From Bacteroidia bacterium (GTDB lineage: Bacteria > Bacteroidota > Bacteroidia > CAILMK01 > JACPUW01), in NCBI GenBank assembly GCA_049115495.1, contig JAGDZV010000005.1, positions 56,901-120,900 on the forward strand: a stretch of 64,000 nt of DNA. Direction: 5' to 3'. The notes under the pieces were generated by a model. The model was not told the origin of the DNA and searched no databases. It saw nothing but the letters and a program-made list of their open reading frames with translations. Positions 1 to 8,900 of this stretch are shown here, piece after piece (position 1 is the first letter of the stretch; the number at the start of each line of letters is the position of its first letter). A program made the translations under genes and the position numbers.

Positions 1-156
1 AATCTTCAAGGTCAGGTTTTGGTACAAGAAAACTACAGCAATGTAGCGTCAAATTCATTTGACCTGCAATTGGGCAGCAACTTATCCAAAGGCGTTTATT
101 TCTTAGAAATCACAAACGGTAGCGGTACGCAGGTTCAAAAGATTGTAAAGGAGTAA
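1..156 (+). CDS. 3' end of a T9SS type A sorting-domain protein (gene starts upstream of window)
   Basis: Frame +1 reads NLQGQVLVQENYSNVASNSFDLQLGSNLSKGVYFLEITNGSGTQVQKIVKE*, with the typical CTD motifs GQ.L, L.KGVYFL and KIVKE. Confidence 0.85.
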   Translation, partial: NLQGQVLVQENYSNVASNSFDLQLGSNLSKGVYFLEITNGSGTQVQKIVKE

Positions 157-170
157 ATCTTAATTATTTA

Positions 171-306
171 CGTCATCCCGGACCTGATCCGGGATCTGCT
201 GATTTGGAACTGGGGTTTTGATTTTACCGAGATTCATGATGTTCAAACAAACGAACAGATTGCGCTCTACCGAATAAGTCGGTACTTTCAGAAGTGCGGA
301 ATGACG
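171..306. repeat. CGTC-tagged palindromic REP/MITE-like element (family A)
   Basis: Begins CGTCATCCCGGACCTGATCCGGGATCT and ends CGGAATGACG. Related copies at 29655-29740 and 44919-45000. Confidence 0.75.
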
Positions 307-325
307 TATTCTTTTTTGGTTTTTG

Positions 326-412
326 GTCACAATGAGGTAATAAGGGTCTCCTTCGGGTACAGGCCTTTGCCAAAGAAGTACCCTTGTGAGATGCTTCCTT
401 CGTCAGCAAGAC
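326..412. repeat. palindromic REP-like element (family B)
   Basis: GTCAC...AAGGGTCTCCTTCGGGTAC...GTACCC...GAGATGCTTCCTTCGTCAGCAAGAC. Related pieces at 51922-51980 and 31823-31846. Confidence 0.6.
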
Positions 413-421
413 TTTGCACGC

Positions 422-450
422 CAATCCATAGCTCCCCAAGCTATGGATTG
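422..450. repeat. perfect 12 bp hairpin (REP-like)
   Basis: CAATCCATAGCT-cccca-AGCTATGGATTG. A similar AATCCATG...CATGGATT hairpin lies near 36810-36833. Confidence 0.6.
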
Positions 451-458
451 ATATAATA

Positions 459-580
459 TGCCGTTCTGAAGCTCTAGCTTCTGAACTTCAAGAAGGAAAA
501 GGCGCTCTTGCGCCTCGTATCCATTGGCGCAGGAACGCCTTACGTTTATTTCATTTTGAAGCTGGAGCTTCAAAACGGCA
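459..580. repeat. nested inverted-repeat element (family C, REPIN/MITE-like)
   Basis: Outer IR TGCCGTTCTGAAGCTCTAGCTTC / GAAGCTGGAGCTTCAAAACGGCA; inner IR AAGGCGCTCTTGCGCC / GGCGCAGGAACGCCTT. The right half recurs at 57284-57337. Confidence 0.75.
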
Positions 581-601
581 CTCTGACAACCAAGTAAAAT
601 A

Positions 602-3448
602 CTACAACTTATCCTCTAAATACTTTGCTGTAAAGCTTTCTTCAACTTTAAGGATCTCTTTTGGTGGGCCTTGGAAAACAAGATTTCCGCCGTTTTTACC
701 ACCTTCGGGGCCTAGGTCAATGAGCCAATCGGCGCATTTAATTACTTCTAGGTTATGTTCAATTACCAGGAGGGTGTGGCCTTGCTCAATCAGTTTTTCA
801 AAAGCCGCCAACAGGAACTTTATATCATGAAAATGCAATCCTGTGGTGGGCTCGTCAAAAATGAAAAGCATAGAATCATTTCTGCTTCCTTCGGCTAAGA
901 AATAAGCCAGTTTAATTCTTTGCGCTTCACCACCTGATAGGGTATTTGAAGATTGCCCCAGGCCGAGGTATCCAAGACCAACATCTTGCAAAATTTGAAG
1001 TCTCTTGGTAATGTCTTTATGACCCTCAAAAAACTCAAGTGCTTCGTCAATGGTCATGTTTAAAACATCAGCAATGCTTTTATCCTTGTATTGTGCATCA
1101 AGCATTTCACGCTTAAACCTTGTACCCTTGCATTCGTCGCATTCCAAGTGTAGGTCGGCCATAAATTGCATTTCTACGGTTAAAAAGCCATCGCCTTTGC
1201 AAGTTTCGCAGCGGCCACCATCTACATTAAAAGAGAAGAAAGCGGGAGTGTAGCCACGTTGCTTAGATAATTGCAAACCTGCAAAAAGACTTCTTATGGA
1301 GTCGTATGCTTTAATGTAGGTTACGGGGTTTGATCGAGATGATCTTCCAATTGGGTTTTGGTCAATGTATTCAACCGCTTTTATCTTGCTAAAATCGCCT
1401 TCAAGCGCCATGCAATTTTTGGCTTCGCCTTTGGCATTGCGCATTTTGTTTTGAAGGCTAGGATAAAGCACTTCTTTTACCAAAGTAGATTTTCCAGAAC
1501 CACTAACACCAGTAATTACATTCATTCTAAAAAGCTTCAGGTCAACATCAATTCGTTTCAAATTGTGTTTATAGGCTTGCTTTATTTGAATGCTGTATTT
1601 CGGAGTTGCTTTCTCTTTTGGTATTTCTATTTTAAGATCACCACGCATATAACGAGCGGTAAGGGTAGGGGCTTCAAAATCGAATTCGTGTTTATGACCT
1701 GCAAAAACCACTTCGCCACCATTGTTTCCCGCCAAAGGCCCAATATCAATAACGTAGTCGGCTTCTTTTATAATGTCTTCATCATGCTCAACTACAATAA
1801 CTGTGTTCTTAAGATCTCTTAGATCTTTTAGCACCTTTATCAACTTCTCAGTATCCTTAGAATGTAGTCCAATTGAAGGCTCATCTAATATGTACATTGA
1901 ACCCGTAAGATTGCTACCTAGTGATGTAACCAATTGAATACGCTGCGACTCACCACCAGAGAGTGTTCTCGCATCACGATTTAGAGTTAAATAGCCAAGA
2001 CCAACTTCAACCAGAAATTTCAATCGGCTTTTTACCTCAACCAATATTCTTTTAGAAACGCCTTGTTGGTACTCATTTAGTTCTAAATTGTCAATTAGAA
2101 CATTCAGCTCGTCAATAGGCATAAGCACCATGTCAGTAATGGTTTTGCCTGCCACTTTTATGTAATTGGCGTCTTTTCGCAGGCGGGTTCCTCTACAATC
2201 GGGGCAATTGGTTTTGCCTTTGTATCTAGAAATCAATACACGGTATTGAATTTTGTAAGCCTTTGATTGTAGGTATTCAAAAAATTGATTTATGCCTTCA
2301 AGCTTTCCACGGCCATTCCAAAGTAAATCCCTTTCATCTTCGCTTAATTCAATGTAAGGCCTATGAATTGGGAAACCGTACTGTTGAGATTCTTTGATAA
2401 ACCAATTTTTCCATTCGCCCATTTTTTCGCCCTTCCAGCAGGCAATAGCATTATCATATACTGAAAGCGATTTGTCAGGAACTACCTTGTCTTCATCAAC
2501 GCCAATAACGGTACCAAAGCCTTCGCAGGTTTTGCAGGCACCATAAGGATTATTAAATGTAAAAAGATTAACTGAAGGCTCTTCAAAGGTCATTCCGTCT
2601 AGCTCGTATCTATTACTAAATTCTAGATCTTGGGTGGTTTTATCGGTACTAAAAACTTTTACTTTACAGTTGCCACCACCTTCAAAAAAGGCAGTTTGTA
2701 CTGAGTCAGCTGTTCTTTCTTCGTTTTCTTTATTTCCTTTTTTTACAACAACGCGGTCAATTACCACTTCAAGGTCGCTAAAGGTTTTTAGTGTTTCAGA
2801 AATGCCGCTTTTGTCTTTCTTTTTATCTGTTTCTACAAATTCAAGAACTTCTTCAACCTTAATAATTCTATCGCCATGCATTATTCTTCCAAAGCCTTTT
2901 TGCATAAGCACTTTAAGTTCTTCGGCCAGTTCTCTACCATGCTCCTTAACTAAAGGAGCGAGTACAACTGCTTTGGTTCCGTCTTCATATTCATTTAGCG
3001 ATTTAAGCACATCAGTTACCGTGTGGCGCATTACGGGTTTGCCACTAATTGGCGAAATGGTAACACCCGCTCTTGCAAATAGTAATTTTAAGTAGTCATA
3101 AATCTCAGTGGTTGTTCCAACCGTTGAGCGAGGGTTGCTGGTATTTACCTTCTGTTGAATGGCAATGGCCGGTGATAGACCTTTAATAAAATCAACTTCG
3201 GGTTTTTCAATCTTTCCAACAAACTGCCGAACATAGGCGCTCAAACTTTCTATATACCTGCGTTGCCCTTCAGCAAATAAAGTATCAAAGGCAAGTGAAG
3301 ATTTTCCAGATCCACTTACACCCGTAATAACTACTAACTTATTATGAGGAATATTCAAGTCAATATTCTTCAGGTTGTTTTGTCGAGCTCCTTTTATCTG
3401 AATTTCTCTTATGGCTTTTTTTGCTACACTTATGGTTTCAGGCATCAC
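602..3448 (-). CDS. uvrA: excinuclease ABC subunit A
   Basis: GARQNNLKNID, two GVSGSGKS Walker A motifs, two LSGGE signatures, CxxC zinc fingers. Confidence 0.97.
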   Translation of the reverse strand: MMPETISVAKKAIREIQIKGARQNNLKNIDLNIPHNKLVVITGVSGSGKSSLAFDTLFAEGQRRYIESLSAYVRQFVGKIEKPEVDFIKGLSPAIAIQQKVNTSNPRSTVGTTTEIYDYLKLLFARAGVTISPISGKPVMRHTVTDVLKSLNEYEDGTKAVVLAPLVKEHGRELAEELKVLMQKGFGRIMHGDRIIKVEEVLEFVETDKKKDKSGISETLKTFSDLEVVIDRVVVKKGNKENEERTADSVQTAFFEGGGNCKVKVFSTDKTTQDLEFSNRYELDGMTFEEPSVNLFTFNNPYGACKTCEGFGTVIGVDEDKVVPDKSLSVYDNAIACWKGEKMGEWKNWFIKESQQYGFPIHRPYIELSEDERDLLWNGRGKLEGINQFFEYLQSKAYKIQYRVLISRYKGKTNCPDCRGTRLRKDANYIKVAGKTITDMVLMPIDELNVLIDNLELNEYQQGVSKRILVEVKSRLKFLVEVGLGYLTLNRDARTLSGGESQRIQLVTSLGSNLTGSMYILDEPSIGLHSKDTEKLIKVLKDLRDLKNTVIVVEHDEDIIKEADYVIDIGPLAGNNGGEVVFAGHKHEFDFEAPTLTARYMRGDLKIEIPKEKATPKYSIQIKQAYKHNLKRIDVDLKLFRMNVITGVSGSGKSTLVKEVLYPSLQNKMRNAKGEAKNCMALEGDFSKIKAVEYIDQNPIGRSSRSNPVTYIKAYDSIRSLFAGLQLSKQRGYTPAFFSFNVDGGRCETCKGDGFLTVEMQFMADLHLECDECKGTRFKREMLDAQYKDKSIADVLNMTIDEALEFFEGHKDITKRLQILQDVGLGYLGLGQSSNTLSGGEAQRIKLAYFLAEGSRNDSMLFIFDEPTTGLHFHDIKFLLAAFEKLIEQGHTLLVIEHNLEVIKCADWLIDLGPEGGKNGGNLVFQGPPKEILKVEESFTAKYLEDKL

Positions 3449-3613
3449 AGTAGTTGAATGTTATCAATTTATTTTTTGGTGCAAAGCAGAATAAACTTAT
3501 ATTAGCATCTACTTTTTACCAAAAAATCGCTCAAACTTAATAATTAACACAAGCCTATACGACAAGTTCTACGCTGACTAAAACATTTTTTTAACACCAA
3601 AAAAAGCAACACT

Positions 3614-4192
3614 ATGCGTCAGCAAATCATGAGCGATCAGGAACTTGTATCACTTTACTTATCTGGTCAAGAAAAAGCATTAGCCATGTTGGTTAATCGC
3701 CACAAAGACAAAATGTTTACTTCAATATATATGCTTGTAAGAGAGCGAAGCATTGCCGAAGACATTTTGCAAGATGCCTTTGTTAAAATTGTATCTACCC
3801 TAAAAAGTGGAAAATACAATGAAGAAGGTAAGTTTATTCAATGGGCTATGCGTATTGCCCGTAATTTGGTTATTGATCATTTTAGAAAGGCTAAGAAAAT
3901 GCCAACTGTAAATGACAGTGAGGGAAACGATGTGTTCTCGTACATTAACGTACAAGAAGAAAACCAAGAAGAGTTTGTAATTAGAAACGAACGCGAACAA
4001 AAAGTTAGAAGATTGGTAGAAGAGCTACCACCTGAGCAAAGAGAAGTATTGGTATTACGCCACTATGCTGAGCTAAGCTTTAAAGAGATTGCAGACTTAA
4101 CCAATGTGAGTATAAATACTGCTTTAGGTAGAATGAGGTATGCCTTAAACAACCTTAGAAAGCTAATTGAAGAGCATAATATCGCCTTTTAG
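3614..4192 (+). CDS. ECF-type sigma-70 RNA polymerase sigma factor
   Basis: Region 2 (AEDILQDAFVK, WAMRIARNLVIDHFRK) and region 4 (LPPEQREVLVLRHYAELSFKEIA...INTALGRMRYA). Confidence 0.95.
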   Translation: MRQQIMSDQELVSLYLSGQEKALAMLVNRHKDKMFTSIYMLVRERSIAEDILQDAFVKIVSTLKSGKYNEEGKFIQWAMRIARNLVIDHFRKAKKMPTVNDSEGNDVFSYINVQEENQEEFVIRNEREQKVRRLVEELPPEQREVLVLRHYAELSFKEIADLTNVSINTALGRMRYALNNLRKLIEEHNIAF

Positions 4193-4265
4193 TAAAATAT
4201 TTATTGCTGGGTGTAATAAAGTTCACTTGGCAGCGTTTTGGCTCATGTAACTTTAAAAATGGTAC

Positions 4266-4487
4266 ATGGATAGAAACGTTACTCAAGAAGAACTTATAAA
4301 ATTTGTTTACGGAGAATTAAGCTTTGCTGACACGGCAGATTTGTACGACAAAATTGACGATGATGCCCCTAGTTTAAAAACTCTTGAAACCTATGCCGCT
4401 TTAAAGTTTGAATTAGACAGGTTGGTAATGAAACCATCTAATAAAGTTGAAAAGAACATAATAGAATTTTCGGCAAGTTATAAGTAG
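4266..4487 (+). CDS. small hypothetical protein, possible anti-sigma/sigma partner
   Basis: 73 aa ORF directly after the ECF gene and before a terminator. The EELIKFVYGELS start resembles anti-sigma N-terminal helices. Confidence 0.6.
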   Translation: MDRNVTQEELIKFVYGELSFADTADLYDKIDDDAPSLKTLETYAALKFELDRLVMKPSNKVEKNIIEFSASYK

Positions 4488-4524
4488 TCTAAAGCATTAA
4501 AAGGCTTACAAATCCCAATATCTT

Positions 4525-4551
4525 AAAAGGCCCAAATGCGGGCCTTTTTTT
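4525..4551 (+). terminator. intrinsic terminator
   Basis: AAAAGGCCC-aaatgc-GGGCCTTTT plus T-run. Confidence 0.8.
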
Positions 4552-4622
4552 ATTTATAGTGGATTACTTTTTACAATGAGTTTTATGTAACGGTTATCAT
4601 TGGTGCATCAAGCAGTACAGGT

Positions 4623-5330
4623 ATGTCAACATTTAGCGCGTTAGTAATTACTAAAAGTCCTTCTAATTTTCAAGAATTCATCAGCTATGTTCAAGGCGAA
4701 GGTTGGGGGGCCATTTCCGTAAACGGAATAGATGAATTGAATAATACAGACCTTGAAACCTTTTTTAATCCTGTTGTACTCATTGATGTACACGATTTTG
4801 AGAAAGGAGAAATAAGCAAATTGGTAGATAAGGCCAAACAGCAACACATGCCCTTCTTTTTCGTACTTCAAAATGCTGATTTGAAAACATTTGAAGATTA
4901 CAAACTGTATTTGCCTACAGGTTATTTCACATCGCCAATGAGCACCGTTTCAAGTGTTATTAACATTGAACAATCGCTTCATAATGCATCATCAGCAGTT
5001 GCTAAAAGTCAAAAGCTTGAAGAGTTATTTGTAAAGAATGGTAAAGACTATTTGCGCATAGGTTCTGATGAGATTCTTTGGATTCAGGCCAGTGGAAATT
5101 ACATTGAGATTTTTACAAGTAATGATAGGAGCTATTTGTTAAGAGTTGGACTCAAAGAAATTGAATTGAGACTTCCTGATGATCAGTTTATACGAGTGCA
5201 TAAATCATATATTGTAAACAAGAAACATATTCTAAAATTCAACAGCAACTCTTTGCGTACCCAACAAGGAGAAGTACCTATAGCACGAAGCTATTTCAAT
5301 GCTGTGCTTACTTCATTTACCATAATATAA
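4623..5330 (+). CDS. LytTR-family transcriptional regulator with degenerate receiver domain
   Basis: C-terminal LytTR (EILWIQASGNY, FIRVHKSYIVN, VPIARSY). The N-terminal REC-like fold has SP where KP is usual. Confidence 0.88.
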   Translation: MSTFSALVITKSPSNFQEFISYVQGEGWGAISVNGIDELNNTDLETFFNPVVLIDVHDFEKGEISKLVDKAKQQHMPFFFVLQNADLKTFEDYKLYLPTGYFTSPMSTVSSVINIEQSLHNASSAVAKSQKLEELFVKNGKDYLRIGSDEILWIQASGNYIEIFTSNDRSYLLRVGLKEIELRLPDDQFIRVHKSYIVNKKHILKFNSNSLRTQQGEVPIARSYFNAVLTSFTII

Positions 5331-5762
5331 AGAGCAACTTGCTTAATTAACACATCACATAATAAGCTCTAATCTTGTTGAGCGCTTAAATCATTTTATA
5401 CTTGTTTCGAAATACTTTTCTTAGAAATGAGATAGTTTTTTGGGATTTACGCTGGTTTTGGATTCACAAAGTAAGCTCATCTACAAATTCTTATTATCAC
5501 CCTTTTTTTCATTTTGTTATCGGCTTAGTTCCAATGAATAAGGCAGGTTAGTCGGTAAATTCTCTGATTTTAGGTCTAATCCATCACCTGATACGATATA
5601 GATGGTAGGCTTTGATGTTTTTTTCTTGATGGTTTGTGTTTTTCCACATGGTGGAATAAAAGTGGTCTTTAAAGGGTCAAATCAATAAAAGTTAACTGTG
5701 GATAATTCGTTTTCAATAGAATTTAGGGGGTTAAAGTAAAAATAATCAATTCATGTAGTCTT

Positions 5763-5777
5763 TGGTATAGTGGTTGT
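5763..5777 (+). promoter_or_regulatory. putative sigma-54 -24/-12 promoter of the giant adhesin gene
   Basis: TGGTATAGTGGTTGT has the GG and TTG at sigma-54 spacing, followed by AGTAAGC at the predicted +1 (5788-5794), as at 17340-17370. Confidence 0.55.
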
Positions 5778-5935
5778 CCAATATATAAGTAAGCTAACAA
5801 GGCAGTACTTTGAAAGTCAACACAACACAAAAGGAAATAGAATCTTCGTCGATGAAGGAGTTTATGCTCCAAAACGGCGAAAACAGTAACTATTTAAAGG
5901 TTTCGAACAACACATTATCACAAAACACATTGGAA

Positions 5936-8900
5936 ATGAGAGTGAATTTTACTTATCTGTGGTCCATCGCTAAGACCACCTTTTCGCGTCAATATTGGTT
6001 GATGCTGCTAATTTTGGGAATAACTTCTTTCCCAAATTTGGAAGCGTTTGCCAATTCAGAAAGCCCGGAGATTATTTCATCTGCGCTTTTCACTCCTCAG
6101 ATGCCACCAGATACTGATCCGCCAATTGTACAACTCTATACTTTAGTTGAGGTACCAGTAGATACTTCTAACGTTATCAACTTTGCAAATCCAAATGATT
6201 TGATACAAAGTATTGTAGAAGCAAGCTCTTATGAGATTTTGTACGACACTATTGCAATTGATTGCGATGATGTTGGTCAAACATTTACCATGGGCGTTAA
6301 AGTAAGAGATGCTTTTGGAAATGAATGGAATGGATCAACCACAGTAAAGCCGGTTGATATTACCCCTCCGGTAATAGAATTTAAGAACAAAGTTGTAGTG
6401 CAGCTTGACGCCAATGGAGAAGCAACGCTTACAAAGAGTAATATAGACTTACAGTCTTATGATCTTTGTGTTGGTAACAATAGAAGTGGTTCAGGATTGG
6501 TTTATAACATCAGCCGTACCAGTTTTGATTGTACCGACCTACCAACAGCTCAAGTAACTGTAACGGTTGTAGATGGTTCAGGCAATAGCGAGTCTGATTC
6601 ATATACCAAATCAGTTGTGAGCAATCAATTGGTTTATGTAAAGAATGATGTTATTGATGAATACTCAGTAACTGTAAACATAGATGACTGCTTACCACCA
6701 GTTGCTCTTTGTGATGATATTGAAGTAACTGTTGGTTCAAATGGTTTCGCAAGTATTTCACCTGCCGATGTTGATCTAGGAAGTTACGACAACTGTACAG
6801 GTGTTTGGTACTCTACTTTAACAGATAGTGTTTTTACTTGTGCAGACGCAGGTACAAAGAAAGTTAGCTTAAGTGTTTATGACTTTGCAGGCAACATGGC
6901 CTGTTGTCCTGTAGAAGTTACTGTCAACTTCCAGGATGAAAAACCTACCGTAATATGTCAAGACATAACAGTTCAGCTAGACGCTAACGGCGAAGCTGAA
7001 ATAACAGCTGCTGATATTGACGGCGGCTCTTTTGATGATTGTGGTATTGAAACCATGACCATTGATAAGACATCTTTTACTTGTTCTGATATAGGAGACA
7101 ACTTCGTAACGCTTACGGTTTGTGACAATCAAGGTCAGTGCAGTGAATGTACAGCTACGGTTAAGGTAATTAGCACAAACGGAGTTGATCTTGATATTGA
7201 TGTAAACAATATTTCTTGTTTTGGTGCCAATGATGGTTCAATTAGCATTAGCGCTACTGGTTTAAGCCTAACATGTGATGGTTTTAGAACACAAACACAA
7301 GGTGGGTGGGGCACATCATGTAATGGTAATAACCCTGGATGTTATAGAGATGCGAATTTCGTTACGGCATTTCCAAGTGGTCTAACAATAGGTTGCACAG
7401 GCGGAAATTCTGCAACATTTACAACTTCTTCGGCTATTCAAAGCTTTTTACCTGCTGGTGGTTCACCGGGTGCTTTAAGCTCAAATGCAATTAATGCAAC
7501 ATCAACATCTGCTGGCGTTTTGGCTGGTCAATTAGTAGCATTAAGTTTAAGTGTAGGTTTTGATGCCGCAGATCCTTCTTTTGGATCTTCACCAGCGAGT
7601 CTTAGTAATCTAAAGATTATTGCAAACGGTTCGCCATTTGATGGAATGACTGTTGGGGAATTCTTAGTTATAGCAAATGAGGTAATTGGAGGTTGTAATA
7701 CGAGTTACTCGTTCTCCGATGTTAACGATATTGCTTCAATGATTAATGAAAACTTTGTAGATGGAACCACCAACAAAGGTGACTTAGAGATTCCATCAAG
7801 TTTTGTTTGGTCAAATGGAGCGACTTCAAATGAAATAACTGATCTAGGTCCTGGAAACTACTCTGTGACCGTTACAAATTGCGGAATTTCTGATTGTCCG
7901 ATTGTTAAAACATTTACAATTTCAGAACCCACAGAGCTTACTGCTACAATTGAGAAAACTGATGCAACATGTGATGGCGAAGAATTAGTTGCTTGTAGTG
8001 TTTCAAGATATAATAGTTCAAGCCACGCCATATGGTTGCCAAACCTTGCAAATGGAGTTTCAAATAAGTTTTGGTTCGAAAATGGAGCAGGTAGCTTTGT
8101 ACAGTACCCTGATGGAACAGCTCACTTAACAGGTGAAATTTATAACGCAAACGATGCTGGAAAAAGATTTGATGTTAGTGTTTGGTTCTATAACAAACGA
8201 GATTGGGCTCAATGGAGCGCTCTTGGAAGAGGTGTAAAGGGAAATTCAGGTACGATAAATGGAAACAATGTTGATTGGACATTTTATGAAATGGATCCAA
8301 ATAAGCAGAATACATTAACGGGCAAATCGGATTATCTAGGGGATGTTTTATACCTTACTCATAAACCAGCCAATCTCAATTATGCGTTTCAAATAGGTGT
8401 TGCAGCAAATGATAAAGATGCAGATTATGGAATGAGTGGTTGGTTTAATTATACTGGTAGCTGGAGTGGTCATGGAGATTTTAATTTTGACGCATCTTGC
8501 ACAACTTTTGAAGCTTGTGATGGTATAGCTACCGTTTCGGTTTCAGGAGGCACAGCACCTTATTCATATTCTTGGTCAAATGGAGCAAATAGTGAGACTG
8601 CAGAATTTCTTTGCGCAGGAACTTATTCTGTAACAATAACCGACGCTAACGGGTGTACAACCACGCAAACAGACATAGTTATTAACGAGCCAAGCGGTTG
8701 TAACGTAACCGATGGTGGTTCAATTGATGGTGGTCAAGCCAATTGTGGTTCATTTGACCCTGTTCAATTTACAAGTATTACTTCTCCAAGTGGTGGCTTA
8801 GGTGCTTTAGAATATAAGTGGATGAGCAGTACGGTTAGCGCTACCTATACCGCTGGAGATAACAATTGGATTGAGATATCAAACTCCAATTCTGAAGACC

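Noticed and set aside
224-439. 71 aa ORF, and likewise ORFs 57207-57512 and 57221-57451
   Set aside because: They run through palindromic repeats and lack protein-like features.
5520-5580. LytTR-type direct repeats (TTAGT/TTAGT/TTAGG at 22-23 bp spacing)
   Set aside because: Too short and degenerate in AT-rich DNA to support.
5697-5705. DnaA box TGTGGATAA suggesting oriC
   Set aside because: Only one perfect box plus one weak match near 5640; no cluster or origin-type gene context.
5810-5935. Extended N-terminus of the giant protein from TTG 5810
   Set aside because: The signal peptide fits ATG 5936; the upstream part looks like a 5' leader.
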